A DNA stretch of 64,000 bases from Octopus bimaculoides (lineage: Eukaryota), in the NCBI RefSeq assembly GCF_001194135.2, contig NC_068991.1, positions 16,272,438 through 16,336,437 of the forward strand, given 5' to 3'. The notes under the pieces were generated by a model, which ran no database searches, had not been told where the DNA came from, and saw only the letters and a list, made by a program, of their open reading frames with translations. A program made the position numbers and the translations under genes. This document shows, in pieces, positions 11,109-24,185 of the stretch. How positions within the stretch are numbered: the stretch's first letter is position 1; every line of letters starts with the position of its first letter.

Positions 11109-12109
11109 CATACAGCAAGCTTCTTTCAGCTTACGTCTACCAAATCCACTCACAAAGCTTTGGTCAGTCCGAGGCTATAGCAGAAGGCACTTGCCCAAGG
11201 TGCCGCGCAAGACTGAACCCGGAATAATGTGACTGGAAAGGAAACTTCCACAACCTAATGATTGCAAGTCTAACCACTGAGCCATACACCCTCACCAATG
11301 ATTAAAAAAAAAGGTTCAAACTGCTGACTTAGAAAAGAAGAGCAGTACTTATAATCTTTTCCTCTATCTCTGAGAATGGTGAAAAAAGAGAGACTTGACT
11401 CCAGATGCTTTCTAAGAATGGACTACACAAAAGATATTCAAGGGCCACGATAAATAAAATAACACCACTTTTCCTCAATGCCGTGTAGGGAGATCGTACG
11501 CGGAAGCACATAGTTGCGATGTGAACTTCTTAGCCACCATTTGCTTGCGAATAACTTTATGTAATTGCTGCTGTTGTTTCGCTTAAATCAGACCTAAAAG
11601 ATCGAAAAAAACCTATGATTAAAGCTGTTCTGGCTTTGTTCATCTTACTTTTTCTTAAAGACAGCCTGTCAAGGACTGTATTGTTCAATGTATTATTCTC
11701 TTTTTGTAGACAGTAGAGTGTAGTTTTCCCATTGACTTTTGTTCTGTCTTTCTTTTTAAGGACTGTCAAGTATGATTTGAAGTAAATTTGACTGGCGAGC
11801 CAATTCTACTTTAAGTGAGGCAAGCGACTGTTTCGAGAACAGTGTACAAGACGGTAAGGGAGATAATTATACCATGCTTTTCGAAATAATTTTTCTGAGT
11901 TGCGTCCCGTGGATAATGTCAAATTTTTTTTTTCCATTGACTTTTTAATAAAGGTAAAGTAATGAGCTTATGCAATCCTCATGTAAAATAAAAAAAAACA
12001 TAAAAGAAAGAACAAAAAGCAGCAATAAGTTAAATAAAGCAACACAGCGATGATAACCAACAAACTAAAAGAACCTTGAAGAGGAAAGAGTGCATAGGCA
12101 CGTCAGGAA

Positions 12110-12520
12110 CTTTGAGCTTCAGGAAGCATTGAATTTTTGAAGGATACATGCAATGTCGTGATGGTTAACACTCAATCCAAGTAGTTTATTTCAAGCTTCG
12201 AAAATTCTGAGCGCGAAAAGATCTTTGTGAAATTCGAGAGTATTGTGATGTTTTTGATCTTATAAGGAGGTCCACAGGTGGTAGAAGTATTGAATTCAGA
12301 AAGGTGACCAAAGTCGTTGTTGTTGGAAAAGCGGTGGATAATTTTGTGGGCTTCCACCAAGTCAGCTGCTTCACATCGAAGCTTTAGTGTGTCGATGCCC
12401 AGTAATACAAGACGTTCAAGATGTGGTAATTGACCGATAGTGGTCATTCTTATGGTTCCAGACTGGAGATGTAAATTGTTTGGACGTACCACATAGTCAC
12501 ATATAGTTTTAAATAGACAG
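12110..12520 (-). pseudogene. CR1/L2-type LINE ORF2 3' end, decayed
   Basis: RLERLVLLGIDTLKLRCEAADLVEAHKII...TCGPPYKIK resembles the CR1 C-terminal RL..LGL.TL..RR.RADL...YKII...TRGH.YKI motif. Confidence 0.75.
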
Positions 12521-12606
12521 TCTGTGGGCGGTTGACTTAGGTCTTAATTTGTAATAGTGAGACATTTTCGGCTTTTATGACACTTTTAAAAATGTGATTC
12601 ATCCGA

Positions 12607-12640
<34 letters not shown>

Positions 12641-13544
12641 CTCTCTCTCTTTCTCTCCTCTGTTTCCCTCCTCCTTCCCCCCGTCTCTCCCTTTTATTCC
12701 TTAATTATATTGTCTTATATTTTATGAAATGACATCATTATGACTTTAGTTGTTTCTGTGAGTATTAAAAATGTATAACGCTTGAAAATTTGAGTGTTAA
12801 TAGCTCCTTTAGAAACGGTGTGAGTCACAAATACATCTAGTTTAGTTATTTTTATTTGTCGGGCGAATCAACGAGGAGAAGGTAACTCCAATGTAAAACC
12901 TACAATTTGCTGCTCATCGTAGCCGTCTTAGTTCGCTGGGCTACTGTAGTCAGACTTTCAAGTCTAACGAGTGGGATCAGAATGCATGGACTGACTCATT
13001 TGATTACTAAGCGCGGTCAAGAAGAAAATTCCTGCAGCGTCAAGGATCGGTTTACATTGCCAGTTGAGAGTGTTGCTCTCTTCCTAATGATTTTTCAGAC
13101 AAGAAGAAATTGCCATCATCATTCGTGTAGTATGTTCTTTTATTGAACTAAGCCAAGCGTTTTCCCTAGTATTTATCTTCTATTATAGCTCCAATCACAT
13201 CTAGAAATATCAAATCGATTCCTAGTATTCGATTGTCACTTTATTTTTACTGAAATTCTCTCGGTTTCAAAACGCAAAAGTTTTATCTCGGCAAGATTTG
13301 AACTATGAATGTAAAGACCCGTAGCCAAATTAGTTTCGGCTCTTTACATGTAATTTTGTCCGACGCTCTGTCAGTTCTGCCAATCTACTTTCATAGAACA
13401 AAGAGGAGAGGTTGGTGGAAAATTCAAACTTGCTAGCTTCAATGTGCTTTCGCACCTGTCCTCTCTTATGGTCATATACGCTGGGTAATGACTGAAAGAG
13501 TACGATCGTGAATGAAATTGGCCAAAATAGGATTCCGATGAAAG

Positions 13545-13895
13545 ATATATGGAGTAAGGTAACTCGACAGGGCGCATAACTTGGAGATCAGGGAGTCTCT
13601 CCAGGTCGAGTCGCTACTTCTCTGCATTGAGAGACCAAAGCTCCAGTAATAAGGGAACGAGATTAGAATGTTGCAGGAAAGAATCCCAAGACAGATTATT
13701 CAAGTCGAACCAACGAGCAGGAGACCTTGGGGCAGAACAAGATGGTTGGATGATATCCATAGTCTCAGTAGTGCACGCTTGAGAATCTAGTCGGAAAATC
13801 TAATGGCAGTTGCTTCTGGTAGGACCCTATGGAAGAGATGCCTGAGGATTCTACCTTAACAACCGTCTCAGGAGTATTGGGCGGAGAAAATAGAT
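13545..13895 (+). pseudogene. RTE-clade LINE 3' fragment
   Basis: LDRAHNLEIRESLQVESLLLCIERPKLQ...RPWGRTRWLDDI, with stops; paralogous to 18845-19325. Confidence 0.8.
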
Positions 13896-16132
13896 GGATG
13901 GGTGTCAACTAGCAAAAAGTAGACAATAGAGAGTTAGAATATATATTACAGTAGATTTTAAAGGACGGACAATAAGAGAAAGAATGTGTGCATGAGAGAG
14001 AGAGAGAGAGCTCAGTGGCAAAAATATATTTATGCTTACACGGTTATGGTTTGTCATTCGCTAAACATTATTAAGATATAGATTCAATGTGAAAGGTTCA
14101 ATTGAAATATGGCTTGATGAAAATGAAGACAATTAAAAATGTATGGGTGTGAGTGTGCGTATGTATAACTGTCTTGGAGCTATCAATCATACACATTCAT
14201 ACACACACGCACTCACACACACACGTTCGTGTGTATGTGTGTATGTATATATGATTGATAGCTCGAAGACATTTATACACACACATACATACATGCATAC
14301 ATACATACATACATACACATAGGGCGTGAGGGAAATAAAGCTAGAGAGACAGACAGACAAATAGATAGCAGGCAGACAAAGAAACATCTAGCCAGCCAGC
14401 CAGACAGACAGATAGATAGATAGTAGTCGTGTTTCTGCTGATGTCCAAACAGACAAACTCGACTGGCAACAAAGAAGCCATTAAAACGCCCACAGTGGTT
14501 ATAAGTGGCCAGAGCCTCACATTCTCTGTAACATTGCCAAAACTTCTTTCCAGCGACTCAACTTCTTTAGAGCCAGAAAATACTTTCCCAAGGTGCCACG
14601 CGGTGGAACTGGACCCCAAACCGAGACCATGTGGCTGCAAAAGAGATCTTGACCAAGCCCGCGCTTACATGAGCAGATGGCATGGTCAGTCTTGACCAAC
14701 AGAGACCAATGAACAAACAACACGTGTCTGTGGAATACACAGCCACTTACAACGTTGATTTCACGAGTAGGAATCCAATTAATCTAGCAAGGGAACGCGG
14801 ATTGTCGCGATACTGACGGAGAATCCCACTATAAAACAAATAAAAGCAAGGAATTATAGATTGATGGTCGATGAAGCAGTTGGAAGGAGGTGGGGATCCA
14901 TGCAAAAGGTCAAGGTCGACAACACAGCGTCAACAGCAGCAGCAGCATTGTGCCCGATAAGCGAGAAGTGGTGCATTATGGATCTTGAGCTATGTAGTAG
15001 GCCAGTCACTAATCAAGCCTGAAGTAAAGATAATTGAGTGCAGCTGTTGCATCTGCTTTCCCTCTCTTCTTCCCTCCCTATCTCCCAAGCTCTCCCTCTT
15101 TCTCTCTCTTTCTATCCTTCTTTCTCTCTACTTGTCTCCCTTCACTCCTACTGTGTCTCTTATCTTACAAGGGAGCCTGTGCATGGTCGTTGGATGTACT
15201 AGAAATAACAGCCAAATCTCTCTCTCTCTCTCTCTCTCTCAAGTCATCAACAAACACTGTCACCGTCTTTAAAAAATGACACTGTATAATGTGGTTAAGG
15301 ATTCTTTCTCTTCATGAAGAAACAAAATGACGAGATGGTCACAGTTGGAACGTATTTGATTGACAGATCAACACATACACACACGCACGCACGCACAGTC
15401 ACACATACAACCGCACACATCAACACATCCACCATCACAGACATCAATGACATCCACATTTATACACACACACGCACGCACACACACGCACACACACAGC
15501 CACACATACAACCACACACATCAGCACATAGGCATTCACACACACACATCCATACTCGCATGTGGATCCAGTAGTCTGTGGGTACATTCAAGAAGGTCAT
15601 GGACAATTCCTCCTCTTCCCCCTCCTCCTCCTCATCATCATCATCCCCCTCCCCCCTCTTTCCCCTCCAATGCTCTATTTCAGTGTTGTTGTTCAACCCA
15701 TGTCAGCCAATCCTGATCAAGCACACACATATATAATCAAAAGATTTCCAACCATGCCAGTACCACCTTTTTTTATACAATGCGCTTTTCTTTACTTTTC
15801 TCTTCTATGTTTTTTTTGTATTTAGTCATCTCGAACCCAATGCGCATTGAAGGAGATTTGACTGCTAGCAGGTTGAGCAACCACATAGAGGTTCCAATAT
15901 ATATATATTCATATATATGACGGGTTTCTTTCAGTTTCCGTCAACCAAATTCACTCACAAGGCTTTGGTCGGCCCGAGACTACAGAAAAAGACACTTGCC
16001 CAAGGTTCCACATAGTGAGACTGAACCTGGAACCATGTGGTTAGGAAGTAAGCTTCTTACCACATACACACACACACATAAATATATATATTCTCATACA
16101 TACATGCATACATACATACATACATAAGAGGT

Positions 16133-16462
16133 AAAAACCCCCTTCGGTCATGAATGACTATGGGATTGTACCTAGAAAATTATCCTCTGAGGCACAAGTC
16201 CGGAAAAGGTTGTTTATGAGAGACCAGCAGTCGCCAATGCATACCAGCTCCCCCCCTCTCCATGCTACCAATGTAATCCAGGGGAAAGGCAGAGGCCAAT
16301 ACAGTTTGGCACCAGTGACGTTCCAGCCCATTTAATCAGCTGAGTGAACTGGAGTGAAGTGAAATAAAGTGTCTTGCTCAAGGACAGAACATACAGCCTG
16401 GTCTGGGAATCGAACTCACTTCTTCGTGATTGTGAGCCCGACACTCTAACCACTGAGCCATA
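16133..16462 (-). mobile_element. tRNA-derived SINE, family A
   Basis: Reverse complement of the 44037-44362 copy. Confidence 0.85.
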
Positions 16463-16514
16463 TATGTATTTATCTATGTTTTTCATTATTTTATTTGGAA
16501 AAGACAGAGAAAAG

Positions 16515-16720
16515 GGCTGGCAGAATCGTTAGAGCGTCGATAAAAGTGCTTTGCAGTATTCGTTCCAGTTTGTTACGTTTTGAGTTCAAATCCCGCCCAG
16601 GTCAACTTAGTCTTTCATCCTTTATGGGTCGCGGGTCGCTAGAATTAAGTATCAGCTTTGTAGTGAAGTTCATGAAATCGCCTTGTCCTCTCTCTCCTCA
16701 AAATCGCTGGCTTCGTACCT
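16515..16720 (+). mobile_element. tRNA-derived SINE, family D
   Basis: ctggcagaatcgttag...gagttcaaatcccgcc head shared with 23410, 28659, 29078(-), 29345(-), 33205(-) and 58081. Confidence 0.75.
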
Positions 16721-17192
16721 AAATCATTGCCCATTATTTGATCTGGAAAAGCAGAATTAATCACCATCCTTCGCAGGCCCTACAAGACCATTGTTGTTAT
16801 TGTTGTCATTGTTGTTTGGTTCAGGTCAGCTTCGATCATCCAGGCATATGATCAAAAGCTTTCCAAATAAGACTATCCCGTCTGGCTTCCACCCTCCCCG
16901 ACTCAGTATATTTAGAACTACATTATCTAATGGATTCTTTTTTGAGGAAAAAAAAAAAACCCTGCAGTCCATGATTTGAGGAAAGTTTGGTTGGTTAACA
17001 CATCGCGAAGGACAAGTAGTAGTAGTAGTAGTAGTAGTGGTAGTAGTAGTAGTAGTTGTTGTTGCTGTTGTTGTTTCAAGTAATCAGTGGATGTAATCTT
17101 ACACCAGAGATTTTGTAGAAAACAACAAAAGGCCGCTAATGCTGGAATTTTATCTTTCTTCAATTCGTTAATTTGCTTTTAGGTTTCCGATA

Positions 17193-17201
17193 ATGAGAAT
17201 A

Positions 17202-17232
<31 letters not shown>

Positions 17233-17241
17233 TTATATTTA

Positions 17242-17323
<82 letters not shown>

Positions 17324-17508
17324 NNNNNNNNNNNNNNNNNNNNNNNNNNNNNNNNNNNNNNNNNNNNNNNNNNNNNNNNNNNNNNNNNNNNNNNNNNNNN
17401 NNNNNNNNNNNNNNNNNNNNNNNNNNNNNNNNNNNNNNNNNNNNNNNNNNNNNNNNNNNNNNNNNNNNNNNNNNNNNNNNNNNNNNNNNNNNNNNNNNNN
17501 NNNNTATT

Positions 17509-17557
<49 letters not shown>

Positions 17558-17666
17558 ACATATATTTATATTTATATATATATATATATGTATATTATAT
17601 ATATATATATACGTACATATATATTTATATTTATATATACATATATATAATATACATATATATAAT

Positions 17667-17697
<31 letters not shown>

Positions 17698-18074
17698 ATA
17701 TACATATATATATATAATATACATATATATATATAATATACATATATATATATATATATATAATATATACATATATATATTTATATATATATATACATAT
17801 ATAGATACGCATATATACATATATAGATACGTACATATACATACATATATACATATGTATATATATATATATATACATATATACATATGTATATATATAT
17901 ATATATGTATGTATATGTATATATATATGTACGTACATATACACACACACATACATATATATACACATATGTACACATGCATATGCATATATATATGCAT
18001 ACTGACATCTCTATATCTCTCTCTTTCTTTCTCTCTCTATGTATGTGTGTATATATATATATATATATATGCAT

Positions 18075-18113
<39 letters not shown>

Positions 18114-18130
18114 TGTATATATGTATATAT
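17193..18130. repeat. Long (TA)n/(TACA)n microsatellite with gap
   Basis: Direct inspection. Confidence 0.95.
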
Positions 18131-18844
18131 GTAATGCGTTATGAGTGTTCTTCTGACTTCGGTAACGGGAATGAAATGAAGAAAGGTTAAAAATTCAGTA
18201 GAAAGGAGATGAGAAGTGGTGCTGGTGCTGGTAGTGGTGGTGCTGGTGGTTGGAGAATACCAACAATAGCTGTTTATAAATGAGAAGAAAGTGCTAAAAC
18301 AAATGAGAAAAGTAACAAAAAAAAAAGAAAAAAAAAGAAAAGAAAACAAGTGGTTATGCAGAAAGACTATTCCTTGTGTCACCATTATCAGCTGTTGTTA
18401 TAAAGTTGTTTGAAAGATATAAAGATGTTGGTTGTGTTGTAATGTTATACTTGTCTTATTCTTATTGCAATGCTATCATTAATAAACCGAGCATAGCTCA
18501 GAATACTTTGGGTATGTGAAGTGCTGTTGTGTTGTTGCTATTATTTGTGTTTTCTATTGTATTGAAAGTCCTCTGTTTAATAATAAGCGTATAATATTGC
18601 TTGGTTGTCTGGTCGTGTGATTTTTCTGTATGTTTAATGTGCGAAAGTTTTAGTTACGTACGCCATCATAATTGCTTAATCATTCTCAAGGCCCCTATTA
18701 TTAAAAGGATTGTTCCTACTGTTTGAAATCTTCTTCACTGGATAATTGTTAGAAATATAGATGCTGGCTCAATAATGTGACATACCTAGCATTCGATACT
18801 CAGAAGAGGAAAAGCATGGTAACAAAAAAAAAAAAAGCCAAACA

Positions 18845-19325
18845 TGCTATTTTTCAGTTTGGTTTTCATGCCAATCCTCACTTATGGTTATGAATGTTGG
18901 CTGATGACTGAAAGCATACGATCACGAAAACAAGCAGCCAAAATGAGGCTACTCAGAAGGATCTTTGGAGTAACGCTACTCGACAGGATGCATAACTCGG
19001 AAATCAGGGAACGCCTCGATGTCGAGCCGATTCTTCTCTGCATTGAAAGGTCACAGCTTCGGTTCTAAGAACATGTGATTAGAATGTCACTGGAAAGAGT
19101 CGCAAGACGGATTCTTCAAGCAGAACCGACCGACAGGAGACTTAAGGGTAGACCAAGAATGAAATGGTTGGTTTATATCCATAATCTCAAGTTTGTCATG
19201 CATGGGAGTCCAGCCGGCAAGTGTAATAACAGTTGCTTCTGATAGGACCAGGACTCTATGGAGGAGGTTCCTGAGGACTTTACCGCCATGAGCCTCACTG
19301 GAATGGTGGGCAGAGAAGATTGATG
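18845..19325 (+). pseudogene. RTE-clade LINE 3' fragment
   Basis: PILTYGYECWLMT...RLLRRIFGVTLLDRMHNSEIRERLDVEPILLCIERSQLRF...KGRPRMKW is a typical RTE post-RT region. Confidence 0.85.
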
Positions 19326-19743
19326 GGTGGGACCTCGCTTGGCTCTACCTGAGATTCGAAACTGAATCTGTAAATTCTCCCTAGCCATACGACCTATTGT
19401 TCTGTCAGGAATAAACGCTGATATATCTGTTTTCCACTTGACTCTTAACTTTTTCTATGCCATTAAAAGTTGAAATAGACAAGGAGCGACCCACATTAAT
19501 TTAACCATTGTCAGAATAGTATATCCATCTTTCTAGCTAGTCTGCATAGTCATAAATACCAGTATTCTCCAAGGAAAAATCATTTCGTGAGGGCGACTAA
19601 CGGGGATCGGCTCGAACGAAACGCCGTCTCGACTGAAGAAACGTCATAGAAGGACAGCTATGGAATTAACCAGCGATACAGCTGTCTTGTCCACCACTCT
19701 CTCACCCCTTCTTACTAACTCACTTTCGTTTCGACAACATCAC

Positions 19744-19779
<36 letters not shown>

Positions 19780-20022
19780 CATCTGCAGTTTAAATGACCC
19801 GGGACATGTAAGTCTAACGCTATCCACTTGTTAAACTTACATTCACTCTATCTTCCTCTGATCCCTATTTAGCAGCAAGTAGTTAAGCACGAAAGCAGCA
19901 ACATTCATACAGGAAAATATAACTCTCGTTACTTTGTATGCTTTCTGTCTGTTTTTATACACGCCTGCTCGTCATGGTTTGGCTTTAATTATATCTAATG
20001 GAGAAATATATGTTATCTACAA

Positions 20023-20194
20023 CGTTTGTACTGGTTTTAGCTTTAGGGTTTTAGGGTTAGGGTTAGGGTTAGGGTTTGGTGAAAATCTGTTCAATACTCC
20101 GCCACAAATTTTTCACCAAATTTGGCAAAAATGCTCATAACCCTAACCCTAACACCCGAACCCTAAAACCCTAAAGCTAAAACCAGTACAAACG
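20023..20194. repeat. Fold-back element with TTAGGG/CCCTAA arms
   Basis: Perfect 36-bp inverted repeat at 20023-20058 and 20159-20194, continuing inward into telomeric hexamers. Confidence 0.85.
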
Positions 20195-21140
20195 CACGAA
20201 CGATGTCATAAATAACAGTACCACCGATAGTTGTTGTTGACAAACAACGGCAGTAATTTTATTCAAGGGAAAAGATCCCATTAACCGCCACAACGTGTTG
20301 TTGACAAACCACAGCAGTAATTGTTTTCACCTCAATAGACGTCAGTGATTGGTTGAAATTACCGAAACACGACAACCTTTAACATGAAATAACTTCGAAT
20401 ATAAAATTTTTTCTCTGTTCTATAAGACAAACTGTACAAGTATACGAAGTTTTAAAATGTTTCGGTAGAAAACACACTAAATAAAAAATGGTGTCCGCCA
20501 AATTAGAAAGATCCCACCATTAACTAATTACATCACAGCCAACAACCACACTAAAATGAAATATGACTTCTGCTGTTGGATGTGATTCTGATATGAACGG
20601 ACGGACGCTCGCATGCATTTTCAAATTATAAAGCCAACGGATCTCCGTCAATTTCATCGATGAGTATTTAGTATATCGGTTCACTGAATTACATGCTCAC
20701 ACTGAATTAGCGTGTATGTGGCTGTCTCAGTATTCGACAGACATGAGTAGTCTTAACGTAATTCGCTGGTAGAATGAATAGGGTGTGACAAGTCTGGATC
20801 TTTGAATTAAAGCTATGGATCGATCTGAGTCTATGGTAAATCGAAACTTGCTCAAGACGCCGTGTAGTGAGATCGAACTTAGAACCGCGTGACTGCGAAA
20901 CGAACATCTTAATCATTCACCAATACTGTATCAACCTACTAAACACACACACACACTCATATTTACGACACAGCAACACATGTACACACACACACACACA
21001 TAGGCAAAGACATGCACTCATTGCAACGACACAGCAACACATACACATGTACACCCACGCAAACAAATACATACCCTCAGGCAAAGCATATAGATACACA
21101 AATCCACACACAGCGACGGAAACACACACACACACACACA

Positions 21141-21201
<61 letters not shown>

Positions 21202-21502
21202 AATGCTTCCAGAGATTTAACGAAATTTAACCTTGAAATATTGTTCGAGGACTGGTGAAACTGTAATTGACTTTTGTTGTTATCAATATTATTGTTAATG
21301 TTGTTAATACTGCTGTTGTTATTAGTGTTGTTGTTAGTGTTGTTATTAATACTGTTGTAGTTATTATCGCTGTTAATTATTATTGTCGTTAGTGTTATAG
21401 TTAACAGCATTACTGTTAGTGTGAGTTGAGGTTGTAGTTAGCGTTGTTGTCATGGCTATTATTGCCGTAATATTATTGTTAGTGTTGTAGTTACTAGTAT
21501 TG

Positions 21503-21733
21503 GGTACTACTAAAGCAGCACGGTCCCGAACGCGCAGTCGCGCAGTCCAGTCGTGAGTGGTCGATCCTAACCCTAACCCTAACCCTAATCCTAACCCTAG
21601 ACACGTATTCATTTGCACACGCGGGTTAGGGTTAGGGTTAGGGATAGGATGAGGGTTAGAGATAGGGTTAGGGTTAGGATCGACCACTCACGACTAGCTA
21701 GCGCGGACGGCACCGTGCTGCTTTAGTAGTACC
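21503..21733. mobile_element. Mutator-like MITE (231 bp) with telomeric-repeat arms
   Basis: Perfect 22-bp TIR GGTACTACTAAAGCAGCACGGT; 9-bp TSD CTAGTATTG at 21494-21502 and 21734-21742; inner perfect 33-bp IR running into (CCCTAA)n and (TTAGGG)n. Confidence 0.9.
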
Positions 21734-21756
21734 CTAGTATTGCAGTGCTTGTAATT

Positions 21757-22053
21757 TGTGGAGGCGCAATGGCCCAGTGGTTAGGGCAGCGGACTCGCGG
21801 TTTCGATTCCCAGACCGGGCGTTGTGAGTGTTTATTGAGCAAAAACACCTAAGCTCCACGAGGCTCCGGCCGGGGTGTGGTGGCGACCCCTGTTGTACTC
21901 TTTCGTCCCAGCTTTCTCTCACTCCTTCCTGTTTCTTTTAGTAACGCTGCGATGGACTGGCGTCCCGTCCAGCTGGGGGGAACACATACGCCATAGAAAC
22001 CGGGAAACCGGGCCCATGAGCCTGGCTAGGCTTTGAAAGGGCGAAAAAAAAAC
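21757..22053 (+). mobile_element. tRNA-derived SINE, family C head with alternative 3' tail
   Basis: Head identical in type to 50299 and 52853; 12-bp TSD gtgcttgtaatt at 21745-21756 and 22054-22065. Confidence 0.85.
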
Positions 22054-22296
22054 GTGCTTGTAATTAGTGTTGAGTGTTGTTAGTGTTATTGCTGTAGTTA
22101 ATGTTATTGTTGTTAGTGTCCCGATCGTTAGATGATGAAGGCTGCGATCTAGTTGAATCGTTAGCATGCCGGGCAAAATGCTTAGCAAGCATTTAGTTCG
22201 TTTTTACGTACTGGGTTGGTTCAAATGCCGCCGGGGTCGATTGCTGTTGTTGCTACAACTACAGCTACTCCTGTCATCATGTACCACAAAACTCAC

Positions 22297-22352
22297 TGAA
22301 TGCAGAAGACTGTTTTTCATCGATATTGTGTATTAGCCCAGCGGCTCTCAGA
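22297..22352 (-). CDS. Candidate internal exon B1 (56 nt; LRAAGLIHNIDEKQSSAF)
   Basis: Acceptor ttggttcttgtcAG, donor GTGAGT; only one open frame; paralog B2 differs by an in-frame 3-nt indel and mostly third-position changes. Confidence 0.6.
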
Positions 22353-22410
22353 CTGACAAGAACCAAGTTATTTTCCTTCTCCACGCACACAGGCATCAGC
22401 TCTGATTAAC

Positions 22411-22956
22411 TCTTTTACTCTTTTACTTGTTTCAGTCATTTGACTGCGGCCATGCTGGAGCACCGCCTTTAGTCGAGCAAATCGACCCCGGGACTTATTC
22501 TTTGTAAGCCTAGTACTTATTCTATCAGTCTGTCATTGCCGAACCGCTAAGTGACGAGGACATAAACACTCCAGCATCGGTTGTCAAGCAATGCTAGGGG
22601 GATAAACACAGACAAATAAACATACACACACACATCACATACATACATATATATATATAAAAGATAATAAGAGTGAAAAAACTACAGAAGGCTTGTGTTA
22701 CATGGTTAAAGTATATATTTAAATTATGTCAGAAAAATGTAAGAAAAATGTTAGAAAAATGTTATAAAATCTTTTTGGTATATAAACATTGTATTTTGAG
22801 AAATAACCGGTTTCGTGTCGTCTTTTCAANNNNNNNNNNTTTTCTGACATAATTTAAATATATACTTTAACCATGTAACACAAGCCTTCTGTAGTTTTTT
22901 CACTCTTATTATCTTTTATACATCCAGCCACGTGCTTTCACATACCAACTTTCTCA

Positions 22957-22996
<40 letters not shown>

Positions 22997-23160
22997 TACG
23001 ACAGGCTTCTTTCAGTTTCCGTCTACCAAATCCACTCACAAGGCTTTGGTCAGCCCGAGGCTATAGTAGAAGACACTTGCCCAAGGTGTCACGCAGTGGG
23101 ACTGAACCCGGAACCATGTGGCTGGTAAGCAAGCTACTTACCACACAGCCACTCCTGCGC
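22411..23160 (-). mobile_element. SINE family B with insertion in its internal microsatellite
   Basis: Complete family B head and tail; extra sequence at 22656-22960 containing an 81-bp inverted duplication. Confidence 0.85.
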
Positions 23161-24109
23161 TATGTTTTTCATTTAGTTACAAGGCCAGTAATTTTGGGGA
23201 GTGGGGATTTGTCGATATCATCCACCCCCATGCTAGACAGCTATTTTATTTTATCGAACTTGAAAGGATAAAAAGTGAAACTGATATTGGCAGGATTTGA
23301 ACTGAGAACGTAAAAAGCAGAAGGAAATAGCAAGAGGCATTTTGTTGGACGCTTTAATGATTCTCCCGATCCATCAACCTTCCCATCCCTTTATCAATGG
23401 CTTCGAAAATAGGCGGCGTACTCGCAGAATCGCTAGTACGCGCTGGATATAACACTGAGCAGCATTTCGTCTGTCCTTACGTTCTGAGTTCAAATTCCAC
23501 TGAAGTCGACTTGGCCTTTCAGTGTTTCGGGGGTCGATGAAATAAATACCAGTTGAGCACTGGCGGTCGATTTAATCGACTTAGCCCCCCCCCCCACCGT
23601 CCGAAATTGCTGGCTTTGTAACAAAATTTGAAACCAATATTGATGATGAGGAGGAGGAAGAGAAGAAAGTGAAGGAAGCGGAGGATGCTGTTGTTGTTGT
23701 TATTATCAGATGGTTTCAATTTCACTTTCACTTTACCACGTTTCAAACATTGATTCCTGTTGCTTCAAGAAATGTGGAGCGATTTATACAGACATGCAGA
23801 CACGCGCACACGCACACACAATAGCATGCAATATACACACACATACACATGCACGCAAACAAAAAAACTGACATATACACATCGACATATGCACACACAC
23901 ACACACACATATATCCAAAACACACTCACACAGACACAAACACACGTATACTCAAAGTATAGTCTTCATAGTCATACGTATAAACATGCACATAAAAACG
24001 CGCACGTAGACAGACACACGTACACAGACACACACATACACACACACACACACACGCTCTGTCTCTCTCTCTCACACACAACGTAACGTTACAAACATTA
24101 ACGCATTAC

Positions 24110-24152
24110 GCAACGTACACTCACTGAATACTACTACTGCTGCTACTACCAA

Positions 24153-24185
<33 letters not shown>

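Noticed and set aside
17267-18190. YIYI, CVCV, HTHT, poly-V and poly-T ORFs throughout the window
   Set aside because: Translations of di- and trinucleotide microsatellites.
20041-21680. Ancient telomere fusion or chromosome-healing site
   Set aside because: The telomeric arrays are short and enclosed by perfect non-telomeric inverted repeats (one with a TSD), which points to transposons.
1-22296. A tachykinin-type exon completing SSAF-xGLMG
   Set aside because: A scan of plus-strand cccat sites found no GLMG-encoding minus-strand sequence; it could only be hidden in a gap.
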